11,202 bases of DNA from PVC group bacterium. GTDB taxonomy: Bacteria > GCA-001730085 > JADFSZ01. The stretch lies in the NCBI GenBank assembly GCA_022560555.1, contig JADFSZ010000041.1, positions 1 to 11,202 of the forward strand, in the 5' to 3' direction. The notes beneath the pieces are model-generated. The model did no database searches, was not told the DNA's origin, and saw only the letters and a list, made by a program, of their open reading frames with translations. The stretch's first letter is position 1; every line of letters starts with the position of its first letter. The position numbers and the translations under genes are program-made. Of the stretch, positions 1 through 5,971 are shown piece after piece.

Positions 1-10
1 TTTTCTTTGC

Positions 11-138
11 GCTTTAACCGTTCACCGTTCACTGTTTACTGTTTACTGTTTTTAACCGTTTACCATTCACTGCTCACCGTTTACCGTTCACTGTTTACTG
101 TTTTTAACCGTTTACCGTTCACTGTTTACTGTTTACCG
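11..138. repeat. Tandem heptanucleotide array with unit TTYACYG: 14 units in blocks of 4, 6 and 4, separated by 10-nt TTTTTAACCG-type punctuation units at 11-20, 49-58 and 101-110
   Basis: Read directly from the sequence: ttcaccg ttcactg tttactg tttactg / tttttaaccg / tttacca ttcactg ctcaccg tttaccg ttcactg tttactg / tttttaaccg / tttaccg ttcactg tttactg tttaccg. The array ends 2 nt before the stop codon (141-143) of the minus-strand Wzz-like gene. Confidence 0.9.
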
Positions 139-140
139 CC

Positions 141-1706
141 TTAATGCGTTACCATCATAATAACCGGTATTGATAAAATCAAAATCACAACAAATGACGC
201 GAATGTCCAAATGTACTTTCGCCGATTACCCCGCTTTTCATGATAAAGATCCGCCTCGGTCTTGATTGCGGCAATCGATCCAAGAATGGGAATCTTTAAA
301 TGTTCGTTGGCATCCGTATACGATCTGAATGAATGATCCGAATATTCCGCGAGAATGATCAGTGCCCCCGACAAAAAGATTCCCATCGCGAGCCCAAGGA
401 GTCCGATCTTAACGCGATTGGGCTTAAAGGGGAATTGCGGAACACGCGGGGGTTCGATCCGATTGAACCGGATTCCCTGCTCGGCCAATTCAATCTGCTG
501 GCTCAATATCTTACTTTCAAGCTGCTTTTTCATGCTTTCATATGTAGTGAGACTGATTCTGTAGTTTCTTTCGTGATTGAAAAATTCCTGTTCAATTTCC
601 GGCATTTCCTGAATACGGCTCTGATAGCCATCAACCAGCCTTTTAATCTGATCACCGCGTGTTCTCATATTAGATAAATTCTGTTCTATCTCCTGTTTGT
701 TCAATTTGAGAGCCTGATAGATGGGATTGTTCTCTGATGTTTCATTGCTTGTGAGAAGGATCTCCTCTTTATCCAATTGCGTATAAATCGTTTCAATCGC
801 GCGCTTTGTCTCAATCACTTCGGGGTGTTTTTCCGTATACAGAAGAAGGAGATTGTTAAGATAGAGTCCCAGCTCATGCTTTTTAAGTTTAAGGTCCGCG
901 ATGACAGGATTGAGCGATTTGGTTGTTTCAGAAATCACAACCGGCTCTTCGCCCGAAAGCTGTCTGGTAATCATATCCAGTTCGCTTTCATCCTGCTCGA
1001 TCAGCATTTGAACCTGCATATAGGCCGATTGCGATTCAGAAAGTTTACTTATCATCGTTCCGCCCTGACCCGGAAGGTTTAGGAGATTTTCTTCTTTAAA
1101 TCTCCTCAGCTTCCTCTCAGCAAGCTCGAGTTCATCGCCTGAATCCCGAAGGCGCTTCTGCAAAAACCCGATGGTGGACTGATACATGGACTTTTGTTTT
1201 TCTAGGCTCATTTCAATATATCTTGTCGAAAGCTGATCCACGACTTTGTATACTTTATGCCGGTCTTCTCCCTCATACGTGATACGAATAACATCCATCC
1301 CCCGAACGGACGTTAAAATATTTGCACGAACACCTTCGATAATGTTTTCCTGCGCCGCGGCACTTTTTCCGGCTGAACGCAGCATATCGATATCGGGATG
1401 ATTGAGAACCACTGTCAGATTCGCATAGCTCAAGAGTTCTTCGCGGAATGTTTTGAGCAAGTCCTGAACAAATTTTCGTGATTTGTCCGCGGACCCGCGG
1501 TCCAGCGGGTTTAAGTCCTGAGACTTTTGCTCGATTTTGATAATCGTTGTTGCCCTGTACTTCTTGGGCATAAAAAAGCTTCCGATCATCGAAATGAGAA
1601 ACACGCTCAAAATGGGGATTACAATGAGATCCTTTCTTTTAAAAATGATCCTTACATAATCCTTGAGTGTGACCTTGTCTCTAAATTCATCAATAAAAGT
1701 GCTCAT
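141..1706 (-). CDS. Polysaccharide chain-length determinant / co-polymerase (Wzz/GumC family, PEP-CTERM-locus-like type) with no C-terminal tyrosine-kinase domain
   Basis: 521-aa ORF with an ATG start. The N-terminus (DYVRIIFKRKDLIVIPILSVFLISMIGSFFMPKKYRATT) is typical of a Wzz domain with its first TM helix. A long heptad-rich (coiled-coil-like) central region follows, then a second TM helix (IGLLGLAMGIFLSGALIILAEY) and an extra C-terminal hydrophobic helix. Its start lies 3 nt after the stop of the upstream export gene. Assigned from motif recognition, not a search. Confidence 0.85.
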   Translation of the reverse strand: MSTFIDEFRDKVTLKDYVRIIFKRKDLIVIPILSVFLISMIGSFFMPKKYRATTIIKIEQKSQDLNPLDRGSADKSRKFVQDLLKTFREELLSYANLTVVLNHPDIDMLRSAGKSAAAQENIIEGVRANILTSVRGMDVIRITYEGEDRHKVYKVVDQLSTRYIEMSLEKQKSMYQSTIGFLQKRLRDSGDELELAERKLRRFKEENLLNLPGQGGTMISKLSESQSAYMQVQMLIEQDESELDMITRQLSGEEPVVISETTKSLNPVIADLKLKKHELGLYLNNLLLLYTEKHPEVIETKRAIETIYTQLDKEEILLTSNETSENNPIYQALKLNKQEIEQNLSNMRTRGDQIKRLVDGYQSRIQEMPEIEQEFFNHERNYRISLTTYESMKKQLESKILSQQIELAEQGIRFNRIEPPRVPQFPFKPNRVKIGLLGLAMGIFLSGALIILAEYSDHSFRSYTDANEHLKIPILGSIAAIKTEADLYHEKRGNRRKYIWTFASFVVILILSIPVIMMVTH

Positions 1707-1709
1707 TAA

Positions 1710-2603
1710 TTACCTGCCTCTTCCCAAGCCTCCGGCCCCGCCCTTAAAGAGCTTCACGCCGTTAAATGACTTGATGACGTCTGTGATAGACTCAGCTGAT
1801 TGTCCCGGAGCCAGTATTTGTCCGAGATACTTGTTGAATGTTTTGGATATTGTCATAGGAACATAAACAACATCGTTTGGCTGTAGATAAAAATCGTATT
1901 TGAGATTTCCGCTAAAGAGAAGTTTGTTCACGTTGACGTGCTTGATATAGGGTTTAACGTCCGAAGGACGGATAATCGTGGCTCTCCAACTCGCGGCATC
2001 ATCCGTCAACAATCCGGCATCAACAAGCGCGTCTCTTAAGCTGATAATATTACCTTTCATTGGAATGCGGCCGGGAAACAAAACTTCGCCGAGCACATAG
2101 ATATACTTACTCCGATAAGCCGTAATCGCAACCGTCATCTCCACATCAATGATGTATTCTTTAAGCGCTTTTTCCAGGACAACAGCTATTTCTTGTTTCG
2201 TCATATCGATCACGCGAATTTCCCCTAAGAGAGGAATAAAAACAGCCCCCTCGGGAGAAACAACATACTCTCCGCTTAAGTCCTCATGCATGCGGACATG
2301 GAGTGAGATCACATCATCAACACCCAAGGTATACGGAATGGCTCCGGGCTCGAGCGCAATGCGTACGCCATTTTTATCTTTTGGAAAAGGGTTTTTGTCT
2401 GTAAAAAAATCCACGGCTAGTGCTTTTTCATGTCGTTTTCTCTTTACGACTTTAACTTCTTCAAATTCGCCGTCATTTGAAGACGCTGATGCAAACTGCA
2501 CTCCGCCGGAACCTTTTCTCAAGTCCCGTGCATACGCCGTCTGAGGAATGACAAACAGAGCGATAAGCAGACAAACACCTAAAATTTTCCAATTCTTCAT
2601 CAT
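1710..2603 (-). CDS. Polysaccharide export protein (Wza-like; Poly_export plus SLBB domains), secreted
   Basis: The ORF is open to 2660, but I place the start at the ATGATG at 2603. A GGAG lies 4-7 nt upstream, and this start gives a clean signal peptide (MMKNWKILGVCLLIALFVIPQTAYA/RD). Poly_export-like core: YTLGVDDVISLHV...GEYVVSPEGAVFIPLLGEIRVIDMTKQEI. SLBB-like segment: YVLGEVLFPGRIPMKGNIISLRDALVDAGLL. The protein ends in a Gly-rich tail, GGAGGLGRGR. Confidence 0.85.
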   Translation of the reverse strand: MMKNWKILGVCLLIALFVIPQTAYARDLRKGSGGVQFASASSNDGEFEEVKVVKRKRHEKALAVDFFTDKNPFPKDKNGVRIALEPGAIPYTLGVDDVISLHVRMHEDLSGEYVVSPEGAVFIPLLGEIRVIDMTKQEIAVVLEKALKEYIIDVEMTVAITAYRSKYIYVLGEVLFPGRIPMKGNIISLRDALVDAGLLTDDAASWRATIIRPSDVKPYIKHVNVNKLLFSGNLKYDFYLQPNDVVYVPMTISKTFNKYLGQILAPGQSAESITDVIKSFNGVKLFKGGAGGLGRGR

Positions 2604-2665
2604 AATCTCCTTCGATTTTTTGGATGGTAAATTTGACATAAGTTTACCAGCCAAAAGCAATTAAG

Positions 2666-2878
2666 TCAATTCGTCTCTCGAAGCACCTCAAAGTATTGTT
2701 GAATGGTTTTCGCGTCATCCGGCAAATACACGCGCCATCCGCGCCAGTCTCTTTTGGCTTTTTGGATCTTGCCTCTTTGTTCCCACCGCATGATGGTTCT
2801 GGGCGTGATACCAATCCGATCCGCAAGTTCTGTAATCGTTATTTTCAGCTTCTTATTATTCTTTCTTCTATTTGCCAT
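2666..2878 (-). CDS. Small MerR-superfamily (MerR_1 / excisionase HTH_17-like) DNA-binding protein of 70 aa, with no effector or dimerisation domain
   Basis: ITITELADRIGITPRTIMRWEQRGKIQKAKRDWRGWRVYLPDDAKTI matches the MerR-type winged-HTH pattern (helix-turn-helix, then R-x-W/Y ... G-x-R-x-Y ... D). It is the first gene of the export operon and has an ATG start at 2878 with a weak AGGT upstream. Confidence 0.75.
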   Translation of the reverse strand: MANRRKNNKKLKITITELADRIGITPRTIMRWEQRGKIQKAKRDWRGWRVYLPDDAKTIQQYFEVLRETN

Positions 2879-2930
2879 TTCAAGCTACCTGAAAGTTCCG
2901 GATTTTCGATATTGTCAAAGCGCTTTCGAT

Positions 2931-3000
2931 TGTCATAGTCTGTCATAGCCTGTCATAGACTGTCATGGTTTGTCATAGCTTTTCAAGGAGTGTCATAGAC
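2931..3000. repeat. Phased 10-bp tandem array TGTCATAGNN: 7 register positions, with 5 exact TGTCATAG cores, 1 TGTCATGG and 1 degenerate unit
   Basis: Units start exactly at 2931, 2941, 2951, 2961, 2971, 2981 (degenerate: tttcaaggag) and 2991. A related TGTCAAAG lies at 2913-2920, and the longer motif TTTCGAT(A)TTGTCA occurs twice (2903-2918 and 2924-2936). The array lies 53-122 nt upstream of the HTH start codon. Confidence 0.9.
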
Positions 3001-3001
3001 A

Positions 3002-3017
3002 TGCATGTTTTGTGCCA
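3002..3017 (-). promoter_or_regulatory. Candidate sigma-54 (-24/-12) promoter for the HTH/Wza/Wzz operon
   Basis: The minus strand reads TGGCAC-aaaac-aTGCA. The GG and GC dinucleotides are separated by exactly 10 nt, as in the TGGCAC-N5-TTGCW consensus. The predicted transcription start is near 2991, at the edge of the decamer array. No second good match was seen in the window. Confidence 0.45.
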
Positions 3018-3059
3018 TCGAAAGAGACTGCCTTTTAAGTCTTTTACTTTCAAATACTT

Positions 3060-3071
3060 AAATTGCAATTT
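3060..3071. promoter_or_regulatory. Perfect 12-bp palindrome AAATTGCAATTT, about 70-80 bp upstream of the predicted sigma-54 start; a possible protein-binding site
   Basis: The self-complementary 12-mer was read directly. Its position suits an enhancer or architectural-protein site, but no protein can be assigned. Confidence 0.3.
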
Positions 3072-3136
3072 GATGTTTTAAAAAGCCGGAAGGGGAAGTT
3101 GTGAATACGAAACAAGAAATCCCGTATTTTCTGTAA

Positions 3137-3157
3137 AACTATATTTTACATATAGTT
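3137..3157. promoter_or_regulatory. Inverted repeat AACTATAT-N5-ATATAGTT (8-bp arms), about 145-165 bp upstream of the predicted sigma-54 start and 32 nt past the truA stop
   Basis: The arms are exact reverse complements. No U-run follows on either strand, so it is not a convincing intrinsic terminator. It is a candidate upstream activator site. Confidence 0.3.
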
Positions 3158-3188
3158 ACATCATGTTGATTTATACGAACAAAAACAG

Positions 3189-3929
3189 TCATTTATAGTA
3201 GACCTTTTCGAGGCACAAGCCGGACGCCGGGACGGTATAACCGGCCAAATTCCGGTCACCGCTCTTGAGAACAGTCTCAATCGTGTCCAATGTAAGCTTG
3301 CCCCTGGAAAGCTCAATCAGGGTCCCCGTGAGAATACGAACCATGTTATGAAGAAATCCATCCGCTTCAAAAGTAAAAATCACATCATCACCGGCCTTCT
3401 TGATCGAAAGCCGATGAATGTTTCTCACAGAGTTTTCTTTAAGAGAGCTGATCTTGGAAAACGCGGAAAAATCGTTTTTCCCCTTAAGAATTTTAGCCCC
3501 CTTTTTCATGAGGGGAACATCCAGAGCAAAAGGATAAAAATACACAAAACGCTTTCTCATGGGACAACGGTAGCTGCGGTTGAATATGGTATACGTATAT
3601 CGCTTCTTCTTAGCTGCGTATTGGGCGTGAAATTCCAAAGGGGCTTTTTCGACTTTGGTGATCACAATATCTTTTGGCAAAATAGAATTGAGGGCCTTTT
3701 TGAGACTCTCCGTTGAAATACTTGATTTTGCCACCTTAAAATGCGCAACCTGACCGCGCGCGTGAACACCCGAATCGGTCCGGCCGGCTCCGCGGATCTT
3801 GACTATGTGCCCAAATATTTTATGGAGTTTTTTTTCAATAAGCTCCTGAATGGTTAATGCATTTTTCTGCTTTTGCCATCCGGCATAATTGGTGCCGTCA
3901 TATTCAATTGTGAGTTTGAAATTTTTCAT
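3189..3929 (-). CDS. truA: tRNA pseudouridine(38-40) synthase TruA
   Basis: 246 aa. Canonical N-terminus MKNFKLTIEYDGTNYAGWQKQ and catalytic motif RGAGRTDSGVHARGQVAHF (Asp in RTDxGVHA). The length and the remainder of the protein (FHNMVRILTGTL) are typical of TruA. Confidence 0.95.
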   Translation of the reverse strand: MKNFKLTIEYDGTNYAGWQKQKNALTIQELIEKKLHKIFGHIVKIRGAGRTDSGVHARGQVAHFKVAKSSISTESLKKALNSILPKDIVITKVEKAPLEFHAQYAAKKKRYTYTIFNRSYRCPMRKRFVYFYPFALDVPLMKKGAKILKGKNDFSAFSKISSLKENSVRNIHRLSIKKAGDDVIFTFEADGFLHNMVRILTGTLIELSRGKLTLDTIETVLKSGDRNLAGYTVPASGLCLEKVYYK

Positions 3930-3935
3930 GAGACT

Positions 3936-3963
3936 CTGTAAACAGTGATCTGTAAACTGTATA
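3936..3963. repeat. Four heptads of the TTYACYG family in inverted orientation (CTGTAAA CAGTGAT CTGTAAA CTGTATA), inside the truA leader
   Basis: The reverse complement reads TATACAG TTTACAG ATCACTG TTTACAG. The block starts 7 nt upstream of the truA start codon (3929). Confidence 0.8.
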
Positions 3964-4013
3964 AAAAACCTTTAATGCCCTTACTTTTTCCTCAATATGT
4001 CGCCATTGACCCA

Positions 4014-4041
4014 TTCACCGTTCACCGTTTACCGTTTACAG
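4014..4041. repeat. Four direct heptads (TTCACCG TTCACCG TTTACCG TTTACAG) overlapping the stop codon of the hydrolase gene
   Basis: Same unit family as 11-138. This block is inverted relative to the 3936-3963 block, with about 50 nt between them. Confidence 0.85.
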
Positions 4042-5010
4042 TGTTTGTCTGAACCACTCATCCACGACAGGAATAAACTCATCCGGATAATCAATCAAAA
4101 GCTGATGCTTGGCTCCGGGCATAACATAAAATTTCTTTTTTTCCATCGAAAGATAATCATAGAAATTTTTGCAGAATTTAGGAGAAATGATATTGTCCTT
4201 TTCCCCCACGGCTATCATGACGGGCGTCGTCATATTAGGGATTTTATTTTTTGGTTTATACTTAAATATTGTTCGATAGGATTTAAGGGAATACTTCCAG
4301 ACAACTCTAGGATCATCTTGCCGTCTTTTGAGGCTGTCCGCTTTGTAAAGTTCTTTCCAATTAACCGAGTTTCTGAGATTAATGAACATGTCCGGAAGAA
4401 ATCCGATGATGGGTCCGATGATGGGGATTTTTAAAATTCTTTGTTTCGTCATCGGGGCCGTTCTCGTGCTGTCAAATACATTATGACAAACAACACTCTT
4501 GATGCGGGTGTCTTCCAGTGCCGCGATAAACGCGACCTCCCCGCCCTGGCTTGTTCCTAAAATTCCGATCGGACCTGAGTAGCTCCTCTCGATCATGCTC
4601 ATCGTCATCGAAATGATTTCTAGAAACTCGGACATCGTAAAAACACCCCGGGGACCTTCGGAACGGCCGTGCCCGATAAAATCAATCGCGAAAACATTGT
4701 ATCCTAACCCGGAAAGTTTCCATTCAAAATACCGGTAAAGCCACCCATAAGACCCTGTCCCGGGAATAATCATGATATTGGGAGCGTTTTGGCTATGGAT
4801 ATAGGTATCAATATGAATTTTGAAAGGTTTTCTCTTCCGGTAGTACGTGAGAAAAACCGACTCTCTTTTAGCCTCAATCTGATCATGCTGAGCTTCTTCA
4901 CGGGAGGGCTTGATTGGCTGAGCCACGAGAGAAAACGAATAAAAGAAAAGAACCAATCCGATAACGAGGAAGGTAAGAATTGCTATTTTAAAAATAACGG
5001 TCATTGACAT
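4036..5010 (-). CDS. Membrane-anchored alpha/beta-fold hydrolase (lysophospholipase / monoacylglycerol-lipase-like, Hydrolase_4 type)
   Basis: 324 aa with an N-terminal TM helix (IFKIAILTFLVIGLVLFFYSF). Oxyanion/HG region IDFIGHGRSEG, nucleophile elbow GTSQGG (G-x-S-x-G), and a late GAKHQLL providing the likely catalytic His. Confidence 0.8.
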   Translation of the reverse strand: MSMTVIFKIAILTFLVIGLVLFFYSFSLVAQPIKPSREEAQHDQIEAKRESVFLTYYRKRKPFKIHIDTYIHSQNAPNIMIIPGTGSYGWLYRYFEWKLSGLGYNVFAIDFIGHGRSEGPRGVFTMSEFLEIISMTMSMIERSYSGPIGILGTSQGGEVAFIAALEDTRIKSVVCHNVFDSTRTAPMTKQRILKIPIIGPIIGFLPDMFINLRNSVNWKELYKADSLKRRQDDPRVVWKYSLKSYRTIFKYKPKNKIPNMTTPVMIAVGEKDNIISPKFCKNFYDYLSMEKKKFYVMPGAKHQLLIDYPDEFIPVVDEWFRQTL

Positions 5011-5039
5011 ACGCTATACCTATCCATTTAATCATGTTG

Positions 5040-5792
5040 TTATTCGCCCAGCTCTTTTTGACGGACGGTCTGATTGATGTTGCACACATCAGGGTGATCA
5101 TCTAAAAACCGGACAATCTGTTGGACTGATATCTCAATCGAATCATCAAAATGTGCATAAAGAGCACGCACAACGTCTAAATCCTCCTTAGTATCAACAC
5201 AAATACGGTAGTGCGGACGATTCAATGGAGGTTCGGCCACTATCTCATGCAGCTTGAACTGTTTAGGATGTTCGTAAATATAGGGTGTGACATGTTCTTT
5301 TTCGTATTGTTGTGTAGTATTTTGATGCGCCTTTTTGAGAGCGTTAAACGAAAAAATTTCTGTATCCAATCCCCTAGGATAACTTCGCGTCACATGGTTG
5401 CTCATATAATCATATTTTCCGGATTCAAATAGATTGATAAGGTTATCAACAATCTCCGGTGCGATCAAAGGACAGTCACCCGTAATCCGAATAATAGGAT
5501 TGGCGGCTACCTGTTTGGCCGCACAGTAATACCGGTCCAAAACATTTTCAAGGCTTCCTCGAAACACATCAATACCATGCTTGGCAGCCACATCCGCTAA
5601 CGCTGCGTCTTCTTGACCTTCCGGAATCGCCAAGACTATCCCCTTGAGTTTTACGGAGAGAGACAAGCGCCGGATAACCTTCTCAATAAGTATATCCGCT
5701 CCGATAGAACACATGATCTTATCCGGTAGACGATTCGAACTACGTCTCGCTTGTATAATGGCAATGGGATTCATTGAAAAGTCGATACTCAT
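5040..5792 (-). CDS. Cytidylyltransferase-family protein (SpsF / acylneuraminate cytidylyltransferase-like, CTP_transf_3)
   Basis: 250 aa. IAIIQARRSSNRLPDKIM is the family's N-terminal nucleotide-binding signature, followed by RITGDCPLI. The start could alternatively be the ATG at 5774 (MNPIAIIQAR). No clear SD precedes either start. Confidence 0.8.
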   Translation of the reverse strand: MSIDFSMNPIAIIQARRSSNRLPDKIMCSIGADILIEKVIRRLSLSVKLKGIVLAIPEGQEDAALADVAAKHGIDVFRGSLENVLDRYYCAAKQVAANPIIRITGDCPLIAPEIVDNLINLFESGKYDYMSNHVTRSYPRGLDTEIFSFNALKKAHQNTTQQYEKEHVTPYIYEHPKQFKLHEIVAEPPLNRPHYRICVDTKEDLDVVRALYAHFDDSIEISVQQIVRFLDDHPDVCNINQTVRQKELGE

Positions 5793-5895
5793 GAGTTTAA
5801 TTAAAATACAATCAAGCGATTATAATAGATGCCATACCCCATGTCCACAGAATATATAATGCGCTGTAATTTATTATGTTATGAAGATAACCCCC

Positions 5896-5908
5896 GGGGC
5901 TCAGCCCC
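5896..5908. other. Short GC-rich hairpin GGGGC-TCA-GCCCC (overlapping a CCCCGGGG palindrome) in an otherwise AT-rich divergent intergenic region
   Basis: Read directly. It sits about 65 nt upstream of the ATG at 5972. Its function is unknown. Confidence 0.4.
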
Positions 5909-5971
5909 CTTCGATGATTTTAGCCTTGATTAATTACAATCCCAAATTATACTGATAAGCTTAATACGCTT

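Noticed and set aside
447-470. tRNA T-arm-like sequence GGGGGTTCGATCC
   Set aside because: It lies inside the Wzz-like coding region. No acceptor, D or anticodon arms can be built around it.
333-1866. Plus-strand ORFs 333-677, 355-564, 777-1082, 1527-1709 and 1663-1866
   Set aside because: All lie antisense inside the well-supported Wzz-like and Wza-like genes. Their compositions are low-complexity or odd and they lack SD sites, so I treat them as shadow ORFs.
2149-2544. Plus-strand 131-aa ORF
   Set aside because: It lies antisense within the Wza-like gene. Its Ser/Thr/Phe-rich composition is typical of a shadow frame.
2604-2660. N-terminal extension of the Wza-like ORF (MLLAGKLMSNLPSKKSKEI...)
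   Set aside because: The internal ATGATG at 2603 has a GGAG just upstream and yields a canonical signal peptide. The extension would bury that peptide.
2879-2918. Sigma-70 promoter using the perfect TTGACA (minus strand, 2918-2913)
   Set aside because: With a 16-18 nt spacer, the -10 candidates (CTTTCA, ACTTTC) are very poor. The hexamer is better explained as another copy of the TGTCA repeat core.
2644-2948. ORFs 2644-2826 (-), 2696-2938 (+) and 2703-2948 (+)
   Set aside because: They overlap the MerR-type HTH gene, whose motif match is convincing, and run into the decamer array. They have no family signatures.
11-3000. CRISPR array as an explanation for the tandem repeats at 11-138 and 2931-3000
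   Set aside because: The units are only 7 and 10 nt long and are contiguous, with no unique spacers. No cas genes are present.
3101-3136. An 11-codon mini-ORF (GTG start, peptide NTKQEIPYFL) preceded by GGAAGGGGAAG, and a weak hairpin AATACG-N13-CGTATT followed by TTTCTG
   Set aside because: It is on the plus strand and points into the 3' end of convergent truA, so it has nothing to regulate. It has a GTG start and a weak AT-rich stem with a large loop. It cannot be supported from sequence alone.
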